From positions 1-26,428 of the IMG/VR virus record IMGVR_UViG_3300049924_000412: a stretch of DNA of 26,428 nt; one strand, given 5' to 3'. Numbering within the stretch: the first letter of the stretch is position 1; each line of letters begins with the position of its first letter. The notes under the pieces are model-generated. The model searched no databases and was not told where the DNA came from. It was given only the letters and a program-made list of their open reading frames with translations. A program made the translations under genes and the position numbers. Below are positions 1 to 8,601 of this stretch, piece after piece. This stretch comes from a virus. Lineage: Duplodnaviria; Caudoviricetes.

Positions 1-3000
1 CCTTTCTAAGCTGCATGCCGCCAAGTCCAGCAGAAAGAACCGAATGAGCATCGCTTAAAACGGAATGTGCCTGACTTAAAACGGAATGTGCCTGACTTAA
101 AACGGAATGTGCCTGACTTAAAACGGAATGTGCCTGACTTAAAACGGAATGTGCCTGACTTAAAACGGACACATTTTGTGACAGCGCCACGTGCTGAGCG
201 CTGAGCGTGGAATGCGCCTGACTAAGCAAGGAGAGCTGTTGCGACAGGACAGAGACCGCCTGTGAAACGACATTGACATGAGAGATCCGGTTGCTGATCT
301 CGTTTGAAATGGCATTAGATGCCACATCCCCCGCGCTGAAGGCGTTCGAGAATTGGTTACTGATCGCGTTGAGGACCGATTGCAGGCCCTTCACGGAAGT
401 CGTCCCGCCGATGGTCAACCGACACGATACATCCATCCTCCCAGAGAGCGCGTTAATCACACTTTGCGAGCCCTGCACAGAGGTATTGGCCGAGTTCCTA
501 GCCGATGCCACAAAGCCCCCGGCAATCTGTGAGATTCTGGCCGATAAAGCATTGATCACTGATTGCGACCCTTGGACGCTCACGCCGCCTGTGGTTCTGG
601 CTGACGCCGTAAAGCCGCCACCACCAGCTTGAGAAATGCGGCTGGAGAGGGCATTCACGATACTCTGAAGCCCTTTCACGCTTGCGGCTGCCGTGGTGCG
701 AGCCGACACCGCATTGACCACAGAGAGCGCTTGACTCAAGACGGACACTTGCTGGCTCAGGACTGACACGGCCTGACTGACCACATTGACGTGAGAAATT
801 CGATTGCTGATCTCATTGCTGAGCGCATTCGACACAATCGAAGCGGCATTACTTGCCGCATTCGCCACTGACAAGGCGTTACTGGCTGCATTGCTCACAG
901 TCTGTACATTCACCGAGAGCGTTGAGACGTTTTGACTCAAGACGGAATGGAGCTGTGAGAGCACGCTCACTTGTTGAGAGATGATGCTAACGAGATTGGA
1001 TACCGCATTGACTCGCGCATCAACAGAGGTTGCAGCGGCGGACGCGGTCGAAGCATGGACTTCAACATCACTGATCCTGCCAGACAGGGCGTTGAGCACC
1101 GATTGCGCCCCCTGAATAGACGTGCCTGCTGAATTTCTGACTGATCCCGCGAACCCTCCTCCAGCCTGACTAATCCGAGCAGATAGGGCATTAATTACAG
1201 ACTGATAGCCTTTCACTGAAGCCGCTGCCGTCGTTCTGGCTGATGCGCCATCCAATCGGAGGGATACGGCATTGCCGACACTGAGCGCATTAGATGCGGC
1301 GTTGCTGACAGTTTGGACGTTGACGGATAGCGTTGAGAGTCCTTGTGACAAGACGCTAAGTTGCTGGCTCAATACCGAGACTTGCTGACTAATAATGCTC
1401 ACAGTATTAGACAGCGTGTTGACTCTGGCGTCTACGCTGGTGGCTGCTGCACTCGCTGTGCTGGCATGGGCTTCAGCGTCAGAAATACGCCCCGATAAGG
1501 CATTGACCACGCTCTGAGATCCCTGAATGCTTGTCCCGGCAGAATTGCGAGCTGAGGCTGTGAACCCGCCAGCCACTTGTGAGAGTCTGGCCGAGAGCGC
1601 ATTGATCACACTTTGCGACCCTTGAACTGAAGTTCCCGCCGTCGTCCTGGCGGATGCGACAAACCCGCCTGCTACTTGCGAGATGCGAGAGGACAGCGCG
1701 TTAATGACAGACTGATACCCCTTTACGCTCGTTCCGGCTGTCGTTCGCGCCGACGCCCCAAAGAATGGCGTTGAAATGGCGCTGATCTTATTGCTTGCTG
1801 CATCTCCCGCAGAAAACGCATTGCTGAATTGATTGCTGATCGCGTTCAGTACTGATTGGAGCCCCTTTACTGATGTCGTGCCACCGATGGTCACACGTGC
1901 CGACACAGCCAAGGCCGCGCTTAGCTCCGTACTAGTGACCGATCCAGAGCCGCCGCCTCCAGCCTGTGAGATCCTGGCTGACAGGGCGTTGACGATGCTC
2001 TGAAGACCTTTCACGCTTGTGGCCCCGGTCGTTCTCGCTGAGACCGCACAGACATAAGTATTTAAGGAGGTATGCGCCGCTGATAGTACAGAGACCCGAT
2101 TGTCTACACTGGTGAGGCCTGCCGATACCGCCGAGCCGGATGAAAAGGCATTCGAGAACGTGTTACTGATCTTATTCAGACAGCTTTGGAGCCCTTTGGC
2201 CGAAACGGTTGCCGAGGAAGGAGAGGACCAGCCCCGCACTGACACACCGCTCAAGAGGTTCGACAATGCGGCAATCGATGCAGCATTCTGTGAGATCCTG
2301 GCAGACAGCGCATTGACCACCGACTGTGAGCCTTGAATACTGGTGCCCGCTGAGTTCCGAGCTGAAGCAACGAATCCACCCGCCACTTGGGACAACCGAG
2401 CGGACAGGGCATTGATCACACTTTGCGAGCCCTGTACGGACGTTCCTGCCGTTGTGCGTGCTGAAGCAACGAAGCCACCAGCAACCTGAGATAGCCGAGA
2501 CGAAAGATTGTTGATCGCGCTTTGTACGCCCCTTACAGAAGTGCCCGCTGTTGTCCGTGAGGAGACGGCATTGATCGCAGAGACCGCGTTGCTGATTGTC
2601 TGCACATTGACCGACAAGACGCTCTGCGCTTGAGACAGCAGAGACACTTGCTGTGAAATAATGGAGACAAGGTTCGAGACGGTATTGACCCGCGTATCCA
2701 CCGACGTAGCCGCTAGAGACGCCACTGAGGCATGGGCATCGGCAATCGAAGCGGCATTGCTCGCGGCGTTGCCAACACTGAGCGCGTTGCTGGCTGCATT
2801 GGACGCGGCATTCGCCACAGAGAGCGCATTGCTGGCTGCCGTGCTGACAATAGAGATTGCTTGACTGAGCACGCTGGTGCGGTTGCTGAGTTGATTGACG
2901 ACCGACTGAAGGCCTTTGACCGACGTAGCCCCGCTCACCGCGCTGATCGCAATGGCCGCGCTCAATTCGTTGCTGGTAACGCTCCCGCTACCTCCCCCGA

Positions 3001-3268
3001 CCCCGCTGTTCGCCGAGACGCGATTGACAAGGGAGGTCAAGCTATCGGATAGAGTTGAGACGCGAGCATCCAGCACTGCCGAGGCTGCCGCACGCACGCT
3101 AATCTCATTGGAGAGGGCATTTGAAACGACGTTCACCGCCGCCGTTGCCAGGTTCGCAACCGCTTGCGTGGTCGTGCGCACGGTGGCCCCGGCCTGCACA
3201 ATGGGTAGGACTTCCGATCCGGTGAGCCCTGCGCCTGCTGTCAATGCGCTAATCGTTGTGTCTGGCAT
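1..3268 (-). CDS. Giant Ser/Ala/Val/Asn-rich repeat protein, probable trimeric coiled-coil fibre (partial, >1089 aa, runs off the left end)
   Basis: Not in the ORF track. Hand translation from the ATG at 3268 (TGATG overlap with the upstream stop) gives MPDTTISALTAGAGLTGSEVLPIVQAGATVRTT... with no stop down to base 2 (...SAGLGGMQLRK). It contains about 16 copies of [KQR]GxQSxxNx[LI]S, 33-aa units such as VAGGFVASARTTAGTSVQGSQSVINALSARLSQ, and SVLSQQV/SVLSQAH heptads. It lies downstream of the capsid genes. Confidence 0.9.
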   Translation of the reverse strand, partial: MPDTTISALTAGAGLTGSEVLPIVQAGATVRTTTQAVANLATAAVNVVSNALSNEISVRAAASAVLDARVSTLSDSLTSLVNRVSANSGVGGGSGSVTSNELSAAIAISAVSGATSVKGLQSVVNQLSNRTSVLSQAISIVSTAASNALSVANAASNAASNALSVGNAASNAASIADAHASVASLAATSVDTRVNTVSNLVSIISQQVSLLSQAQSVLSVNVQTISNAVSAINAVSSRTTAGTSVRGVQSAINNLSSRLSQVAGGFVASARTTAGTSVQGSQSVINALSARLSQVAGGFVASARNSAGTSIQGSQSVVNALSARISQNAASIAALSNLLSGVSVRGWSSPSSATVSAKGLQSCLNKISNTFSNAFSSGSAVSAGLTSVDNRVSVLSAAHTSLNTYVCAVSARTTGATSVKGLQSIVNALSARISQAGGGGSGSVTSTELSAALAVSARVTIGGTTSVKGLQSVLNAISNQFSNAFSAGDAASNKISAISTPFFGASARTTAGTSVKGYQSVINALSSRISQVAGGFVASARTTAGTSVQGSQSVINALSARLSQVAGGFTASARNSAGTSIQGSQSVVNALSGRISDAEAHASTASAAATSVDARVNTLSNTVSIISQQVSVLSQQLSVLSQGLSTLSVNVQTVSNAASNALSVGNAVSLRLDGASARTTAAASVKGYQSVINALSARISQAGGGFAGSVRNSAGTSIQGAQSVLNALSGRISDVEVHASTASAAATSVDARVNAVSNLVSIISQQVSVLSQLHSVLSQNVSTLSVNVQTVSNAASNALSVANAASNAASIVSNALSNEISNRISHVNVVSQAVSVLSQQVSVLSQALSVVNAVSARTTAAASVKGLQSIVNALSSRISQAGGGGFTASARTTGGVSVQGSQSVINALSARISQIAGGFVASARNSANTSVQGSQSVINALSGRMDVSCRLTIGGTTSVKGLQSVLNAISNQFSNAFSAGDVASNAISNEISNRISHVNVVSQAVSVLSQQLSLLSQAHSTLSAQHVALSQNVSVLSQAHSVLSQAHSVLSQAHSVLSQAHSVLSQAHSVLSDAHSVLSAGLGGMQLRK
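54..169 (-). repeat. Perfect 21-bp tandem repeat (5.5 copies) encoding SVLSQAH heptads
   Basis: CTTAAAACGGAATGTGCCTGA at 54, 75, 96, 117 and 138, plus a partial copy at 159-169. No spacers; in frame within the giant ORF. Confidence 0.97.
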
Positions 3269-3924
3269 CAGCTCCCTCGGAACATCGGACGCCCAGGTGC
3301 CCCGGCTGCGGCTTCCACCAACGCCATCGCGGCAATGGCCCAGGTCGAACTGCCTGAAGTCCAATCCATCGCCACCGTGCCGGTTGAGGATGTGTCAATA
3401 GAGGCTCCCCCATCGACAGAGCCAACCAGATTGGCGTTATACGAATTGGTGGTATTCTGGCCAGATCCCACCGCCAATGTGGTATTCGCTGACAGGGCAT
3501 CCAGACACACTTCTCCTGAAACCACTGAGGCTACGTTGACCGATGGGGTTCCTGAATCGCCGTCGGCACTGGCCCCCCCGTGTGTACTATCCGCATTGCT
3601 CCACTCTCGAATCGCGAGCCGCCAGAACGCCGTATTGCTGAAGGTGCCGGTGAGGTTAAAGGTGCCCGCTGCTGGATCAGCCAGAAAGTAGACTGCGCAA
3701 CGCTTATCATTGCCGCCGAGGGAATTCGCCGCTTGCGCAACCGTGGTCATCGCTGTGCCGTTCCAACTCAACGTTGGTGCCGCCACGGTGCCTGAGCCGT
3801 TGTAGTAGGAGAGCTGGACGGTCAACCCTTTCGAGCCGGACGTGGTTGTTCGACTGACGGAAATGCTGGTGCCGCCGCCCGTATCAGAGCCTAAGGTCGC
3901 TGTGCCTACTTCCGAAATTGCCAT
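3268..3924 (-). CDS. Putative virion accessory/decoration protein (Ser/Thr/Gly-rich, beta-rich, 218 aa)
   Basis: GGAG and AGGA upstream of the ATG; overlaps both neighbours; composition typical of phage beta-sandwich structural proteins. Function is inferred from context. Confidence 0.7.
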   Translation of the reverse strand: MAISEVGTATLGSDTGGGTSISVSRTTTSGSKGLTVQLSYYNGSGTVAAPTLSWNGTAMTTVAQAANSLGGNDKRCAVYFLADPAAGTFNLTGTFSNTAFWRLAIREWSNADSTHGGASADGDSGTPSVNVASVVSGEVCLDALSANTTLAVGSGQNTTNSYNANLVGSVDGGASIDTSSTGTVAMDWTSGSSTWAIAAMALVEAAAGAPGRPMFRGS

Positions 3925-5075
3925 GCGTCCTGCTCCTGTTGCCGCGTCAGATCAACATGTTCTCCCCTGGACTCCAGCATGAGAGGCGCGTCCCGTTGCC
4001 ACTTCGCAACGGCCCGGCTGTAGCGAATGCGCCAGTACGCGGCACGTAGGAGCATCAGTGCGCGAATGGCTTTCTGGCGCTGCTCCCACAGGAACGCCAA
4101 GATCATGAGGTATTGGAGAGCCGCTACCGCTGTCGCAATCACCGTGCTCTGCTCAATAAACATCGTCACGCGCCCGCCACCTCCGCCGTTAGGGTCTGAC
4201 ATCAGCCCGGCGTTTTGAATGTCGGTCAAGTTATCCGTGAACATAAGCTTGTCCGAGCGACGGTAATGATCCGGGGCATCGTACGCGGGTTGTGCAATCG
4301 TGCCGTGCAAAGTGGCGCCGTCAGAGGACACAATTCCTGTATCCATCGTGACATGCGTGCTGTCGTGAATCAGCGTGCCGTTGATGTACATTTTAATCAC
4401 GCCGCTGGATGAGGTATTCATGGTGATCGCCAGAACCACCGCGTACCACTGCTCGAAATTGCACTCGTAAGGGTTCGATCCGCTATAGGGGCTCACGTTT
4501 GCGGGTTTGTGGTCGAAGTCGTTAATCCCGGTATTCTCACATGCGGAGAAGACCGACGCGGCGCACCAGAGATCAAAGGTAAACGTGTTCGCCGAGTCCC
4601 ACCGGGTTGAGTGATCCGACCCGTTGCCCCCGAATTCCCAGAGTTTATCGAACGTATCGGCGGCCCAGACATTGCGCCCGCCCACTCGGTCAAATCGAAA
4701 GAATCCACCCAGATAAAACGTTTGCCCGGTTTTTGTCGTCCAGTCTATGGCCGTATGGTGCGTGACGAATCCGGCCTGATTGGTGGTCACCGTGGGGTCA
4801 TTCCCAGGGGTACACCGAGATCCACTGTAGCCGCCGCAAATCGTCAACACTTCATGATAGCGGACCCCTGAGGGGGTCGTAATCGCATTGCGTGTGAACG
4901 GAGTCGGATAGGCGGGATCGCCGCTGAACAACTCAATCAAGGAGCCGTCATGGGTACTACTGTTGGTAATCGCCGCATTCACGGTGCTACTTTCCAGATC
5001 CAGATTGACGTAGACTGTACCCCATGCAGGGGCTACCATTGCGAGCCACGCAATGAGCAAGAGGTTACGCTTCAA
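3906..5075 (-). CDS. Signal-peptide protein with concanavalin/LamG- or polysaccharide-lyase-like domain and C-terminal TM helix (~389 aa)
   Basis: Probable TTG start at 5075 overlapping the upstream stop gives MKRNLLLIAWLAMVAPAWG, a classic signal peptide ending AxA/AxG. The motif WYAVVLAITMNTSSSGVIKMYINGTLI is LamG/PL-like. A Gly5 linker precedes the hydrophobic segment VIATAVAALQYLMILAFLW and a basic tail. Confidence 0.65.
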   Translation of the reverse strand: MKRNLLLIAWLAMVAPAWGTVYVNLDLESSTVNAAITNSSTHDGSLIELFSGDPAYPTPFTRNAITTPSGVRYHEVLTICGGYSGSRCTPGNDPTVTTNQAGFVTHHTAIDWTTKTGQTFYLGGFFRFDRVGGRNVWAADTFDKLWEFGGNGSDHSTRWDSANTFTFDLWCAASVFSACENTGINDFDHKPANVSPYSGSNPYECNFEQWYAVVLAITMNTSSSGVIKMYINGTLIHDSTHVTMDTGIVSSDGATLHGTIAQPAYDAPDHYRRSDKLMFTDNLTDIQNAGLMSDPNGGGGGRVTMFIEQSTVIATAVAALQYLMILAFLWEQRQKAIRALMLLRAAYWRIRYSRAVAKWQRDAPLMLESRGEHVDLTRQQEQDAWQFRK

Positions 5076-5562
5076 GCAACGCTCGCTTGGCTTCTCGCGC
5101 ATTGGCCACTTGCTTCTCGATCTTGCGCAATTCATTGACGAGATCTACCGACTGTTGCTGGAGCTGGCTCACTTCGATCTTCTTCGCTTCAACCTTCACC
5201 GACAGATCGGCTAGCTCGCGCTGTAGCTTATCTTGCTGTGTCTGGGTTGAATTGCGGATCTTGAGAATGGCGGCTTCCTCGTCCTTGCGCACCGCCGCCA
5301 TGTCCGCCAGAGATTTTTCTTTGACCACCGTGACTTCACGGCTCCACTGATCGCAGGCATCCCGATAGCGCTGCTCCACCTGCTCAGTTGCCTTACGCGC
5401 ACTCTCAGCCTTGGCAATCAATTCCCGCTCCACCTGTTCGTGGTTGGCGAGACGTTGCCCCACTTCGAGGGCATACTTAAAGCATTCGTAGGTTCGCTTG
5501 CCTTTTTCGAGCGTGTCGAGAAATTCACTGATACTCACGTCGGTGTTGGGGTCCTTCGCCAT
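5065..5562 (-). CDS. Coiled-coil hypothetical protein (165 aa)
   Basis: Start reassigned to MAKDPNTD at 5562 because of the TAATG overlap with the upstream stop. Heptad-rich E/K/Q/A sequence. Confidence 0.75.
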   Translation of the reverse strand: MAKDPNTDVSISEFLDTLEKGKRTYECFKYALEVGQRLANHEQVERELIAKAESARKATEQVEQRYRDACDQWSREVTVVKEKSLADMAAVRKDEEAAILKIRNSTQTQQDKLQRELADLSVKVEAKKIEVSQLQQQSVDLVNELRKIEKQVANAREAKRALLEA

Positions 5563-5960
5563 TAGACGGCCCTCCCTCTGACGCGCCGACAATAGAGCTT
5601 GGCCACCAGCGCCGTTGTACCGTCCCCGGCGGTCACGTTCGGCCTGACCCAAATACTCGGCTCCTCCACCCCTTCAAAGGCGGCGGCGGTTTTCACGATG
5701 TTGTTGCCTTGATAGTCGGTGAGGAGAAACCAGTTTGTGGGAGAGGTGAGATCGTTGCTCCCCTCCAACTGGATTGATCCGCCTGCGCCAAACGTGCCGG
5801 TGAATTGGATGCTCCGGTCGGAGAACTCCGCAAACGAGACCGGCGTGCCTTGGTCGCCGTTTGCCAGCGTCCATTGCACATGGGCCGACTCGCCAAACCA
5901 ATTGGATTGACCGACCTGTTCCGGCGGTACCCCGCTTTTTGTGGCTGCGACGACTGCCAT
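5562..5960 (-). CDS. Hypothetical virion protein (132 aa)
   Basis: GAGGT RBS; beta-rich sequence with SIQFTGTFG...LEGSND...W, a pattern I associate with small phage structural proteins after capsid genes. Confidence 0.7.
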   Translation of the reverse strand: MAVVAATKSGVPPEQVGQSNWFGESAHVQWTLANGDQGTPVSFAEFSDRSIQFTGTFGAGGSIQLEGSNDLTSPTNWFLLTDYQGNNIVKTAAAFEGVEEPSIWVRPNVTAGDGTTALVAKLYCRRVRGRAV

Positions 5961-5963
5961 AAA

Positions 5964-6176
5964 TTACCTCTTCTTCTTGCTGGTAGGTTCGTCTTTATCG
6001 ACCTCAACCTCGACAAACTGCACCGGGGGCTCTACGATTTTCTCCATCCATTTGTCGCTGAAGTGCCGCCCGTCGGTGATGTCGAACTCTTCCCCGCCCT
6101 TGTAGAGCTTCAGGTCGTAATAGCCGACGCCGTACAGTTCGTTTCCGCTCACTGCCTGTTTGGCCCGTACTCGCAT
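5964..6176 (-). CDS. Small hypothetical protein after the capsid genes (70 aa)
   Basis: GGAGGAG RBS; the pattern GYY...GEEFDI...FSDKWM resembles small genes following Bbp16-like genes. Confidence 0.75.
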   Translation of the reverse strand: MRVRAKQAVSGNELYGVGYYDLKLYKGGEEFDITDGRHFSDKWMEKIVEPPVQFVEVEVDKDEPTSKKKR

Positions 6177-6190
6177 GACTCCTCCATTGA

Positions 6191-6224
6191 GAAAGAAGAA
6201 CTGCCGGGGCCATGCGACCCCGGC
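6191..6224 (-). terminator. Putative (leaky) intrinsic terminator after the capsid/cement genes
   Basis: Minus strand GCCGGGG-tcgcatgg-CCCCGGC followed by AGTTCTTCTTTC. Confidence 0.5.
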
Positions 6225-6238
6225 TCATCCCATCAGCC

Positions 6239-6682
6239 TTAGCTAATGGTGTAGTTCTTCGGATAGAACACTTCCGCGGCCTGGGCCATATCGGCCCGCC
6301 CGATTGTGGACGTGACCGTTGATGTCGGAGAGGTCCCGCCCATCGTGTACGACAACCGGAAATACTGGAGTTGTTCGTCCAATTGCGGGATCACATACCG
6401 AAGGATCTTCCCAGCCGGCAGACTGGCTGCACCAGAGAAGGTCTGACTGGTCATGAGCGTCACCGGCGAACTGAACGCCGAATCGGTCGCCGTCTGAATC
6501 GCAACGAGCCAGGTGGGAGAGGTGCCAGCCAAGGCTACGTCGAACGTGATGGTTACGACCAACGGCTCGCCTGTGCTCAAGTTCCGATCAGAGCTGCCGT
6601 CATAAATATTCGTGCTGATCACAGCGGATGTCCCAGTGAGTGCCTGGGCATCCGACAGTGTGGCTTGTGAATCGATGATCAT
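6239..6682 (-). CDS. Bbp16-like capsid cement (decoration) protein
   Basis: MIIDSQATLSDAQALT...STN..D...QTATDSAFSS...YFRLSYT matches the BPP-1 Bbp16 pattern. It lies immediately after the MCP. AAGGAG sits 8 nt before the ATG at 6682. Confidence 0.8.
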   Translation of the reverse strand: MIIDSQATLSDAQALTGTSAVISTNIYDGSSDRNLSTGEPLVVTITFDVALAGTSPTWLVAIQTATDSAFSSPVTLMTSQTFSGAASLPAGKILRYVIPQLDEQLQYFRLSYTMGGTSPTSTVTSTIGRADMAQAAEVFYPKNYTIS

Positions 6683-6732
6683 GGTCAAAGCTCCTTTAGT
6701 TAAGTGCTGCTAGTGGACTCCAAAGGACTCCA

Positions 6733-7734
6733 TTAGCTCACAACAGATTCGGTTTCGAGCAACGCATCTGTCCGATGGACCGGAATGCCTCGGAAGGCCA
6801 TATTTGGCTGCCCATCGACATTGCTGTAGCCCAACTGTCCGCCGGTCTGGACATCGTCACGGCGTTGAATGTCGAGCATCTGGTAGCAGCTCCGGTTCAT
6901 GTAGAACACTGGCCGCACACCGGAGATCGTCGGAATACGATGGATCGCCTTGATCATCAATTCGATCAAGTCCGCCGCAGACGACTTGCTCACCAAGTTG
7001 GAAATATCGATGTTGGCAATCCGAACGGCATAGCGCCAATCGCGAAGCGCGATGCCGTGCTTCCACTGGAAGCGCGATTGATAAGCCCGCATCCGGCCTG
7101 TGCCGGGGCCGGTGGCGGTCTGGACCGTCACGAGGCCCAAGTCCTCATGCTGCAATCCTGCGACGGACCCCTTCGGGTAAATGCCGTGCACGGATTGCTC
7201 GCCCCATCCCACCAACCAGACCGAGGAGTTGTCGGAGCCTGCGCCACCGCCGAGCAGGATGTTGCTGCCATTCCCGGCTGTGGTCAGACTGTAGCGAGGA
7301 GACAACCCGGTGAATTCCTCTTGGTTGAGGCCGGTGTTGCCATAGAACAAGGTGGAACAGAACTTGATGCCCATCGACTCAATGAACGCCTTGTCTTCCG
7401 ACAAGCGGAATGCGCCCACATCGCCGTTGAGTTCGGCCAAGTCCTTATCGACCTCAGACCATCCTTCCAGCATGCCGCACTGTTCATCGATCTGTGCGGT
7501 CGTGCTCTTGCTTGGCGTAATGCCCGCATTCATCAAGCGGTACGCCACTGTCGGAAGTCCGGTGCGCACCACTGTGCGATGTCCGGTAGGAAGGTTGCCT
7601 TCTACCCATGGAATGTCGTCAACCACTTCGTTGCGTTGAGACAGGAGTTCTGCAATGCCCTGAATTTTCCCATTCGGCTGCACGCGCTTTGCGTGATCAA
7701 CCAATGTGAGGAGACTGGAGCCTAATGTAGCCAT
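6733..7734 (-). CDS. Major capsid protein, BPP-1 Bbp17/epsilon15 gp7-like
   Basis: Recognisable family motifs: LTLVDHAKR..PNG....IAELLSQRNE, EGNLPTGHRT.VRTGLP, SEVDKDLA, RDWRYAVRIANID, FRGIPV...DALL.TE. Confidence 0.92.
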   Translation of the reverse strand: MATLGSSLLTLVDHAKRVQPNGKIQGIAELLSQRNEVVDDIPWVEGNLPTGHRTVVRTGLPTVAYRLMNAGITPSKSTTAQIDEQCGMLEGWSEVDKDLAELNGDVGAFRLSEDKAFIESMGIKFCSTLFYGNTGLNQEEFTGLSPRYSLTTAGNGSNILLGGGAGSDNSSVWLVGWGEQSVHGIYPKGSVAGLQHEDLGLVTVQTATGPGTGRMRAYQSRFQWKHGIALRDWRYAVRIANIDISNLVSKSSAADLIELMIKAIHRIPTISGVRPVFYMNRSCYQMLDIQRRDDVQTGGQLGYSNVDGQPNMAFRGIPVHRTDALLETESVVS

Positions 7735-7755
7735 ATCAACTTACCCTTTCACGGT

Positions 7756-8601
7756 TTAGGCCGGTGGGGGTGCGCCATACATCAGTTCTGCAAGTGATTT
7801 GGTGCGCTGTGTTGGCCCACCATCGCCACGGGCTTGTGTCACCGATGGAGCCGGTTGCCCTGTCGGTGTCACATGAAGTGTTTTCTTGAAATCCTCCACA
7901 ATGGCCGGTTTCGCTTCCGCGATAATCTTGGCCTTCCACTGCGAAGGGTCGTTTCCGTACTGTGTTTTAAAGGCGTGCTCTTCGAGGACGTTCCAAGCTT
8001 CAAGGGTCGGGTGCGGGCTATTCGCCACACGGACGTGATACCAAGGCTCCTGTGCAATCAGGCCCTTGTATTCAGACTGGTCCGCGTAAATACGCTCCTC
8101 AACCTTGTCCTGCCCGTACTTGTCATAGGCGAGTTCTCGGCTGGCGATTTCGCGCCCTTCAAACTTCGCCCGCTCCACAATCTGCTCAGGAGTCGGCTGT
8201 TGCGGCTCCTCATAGGTGCCTTCCAGCTTGGATTTGAGCGTGCGGGTTTCCTCAATGGCCTGCGCCAATTGCTGTTTCAGGTCTTGCACTTCTCGCCCGA
8301 GCTTCCGAGCTGCCGCCCGGTGGCTTTCTTCGGTTTTGGCCCGCTCTTCAGCTTTCTTGGCCTCTGCCGCTTTCGCCTGCTCAGCCTCAGCATCCTTCTG
8401 AGGGTCAGGTTTCACCTCTCCAGCGGGGACAACGGACGCCGTAGGCGTGGTTGTGCTTCCGGTTTCTGGGGTCGGTGTGGATGTGGTCGCTCCATCCGAA
8501 GTCGCTGCTTCAGCCTTCGGCTGACTGTAGAGCTGCGTGAGCAAGCTCCCAGGGGCCGTAGCCGTCGCAGGGGCGGACGGTTCAATGACTGCGGTACTCA
8601 T
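7756..8601 (-). CDS. Putative capsid scaffolding protein
   Basis: Between portal and MCP; low-complexity N-terminus, central coiled coil, C-terminal LAELMYG. Confidence 0.75.
   Translation of the reverse strand: MSTAVIEPSAPATATAPGSLLTQLYSQPKAEAATSDGATTSTPTPETGSTTTPTASVVPAGEVKPDPQKDAEAEQAKAAEAKKAEERAKTEESHRAAARKLGREVQDLKQQLAQAIEETRTLKSKLEGTYEEPQQPTPEQIVERAKFEGREIASRELAYDKYGQDKVEERIYADQSEYKGLIAQEPWYHVRVANSPHPTLEAWNVLEEHAFKTQYGNDPSQWKAKIIAEAKPAIVEDFKKTLHVTPTGQPAPSVTQARGDGGPTQRTKSLAELMYGAPPPA

Noticed and set aside
54-169. 21-bp repeats as a CRISPR array
   Set aside because: The copies are contiguous with no spacers and are in frame in a coding sequence.
291-3401. Plus-strand ORFs in the track over 291-3401, and the region as non-coding
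   Set aside because: They are antisense shadows of the giant minus-strand ORF.
6733-7734. Diversity-generating retroelement suggested by the BPP-1-like capsid
   Set aside because: I saw no reverse transcriptase, avd gene or adenine-specific TR/VR pair in the window. One could lie outside it.
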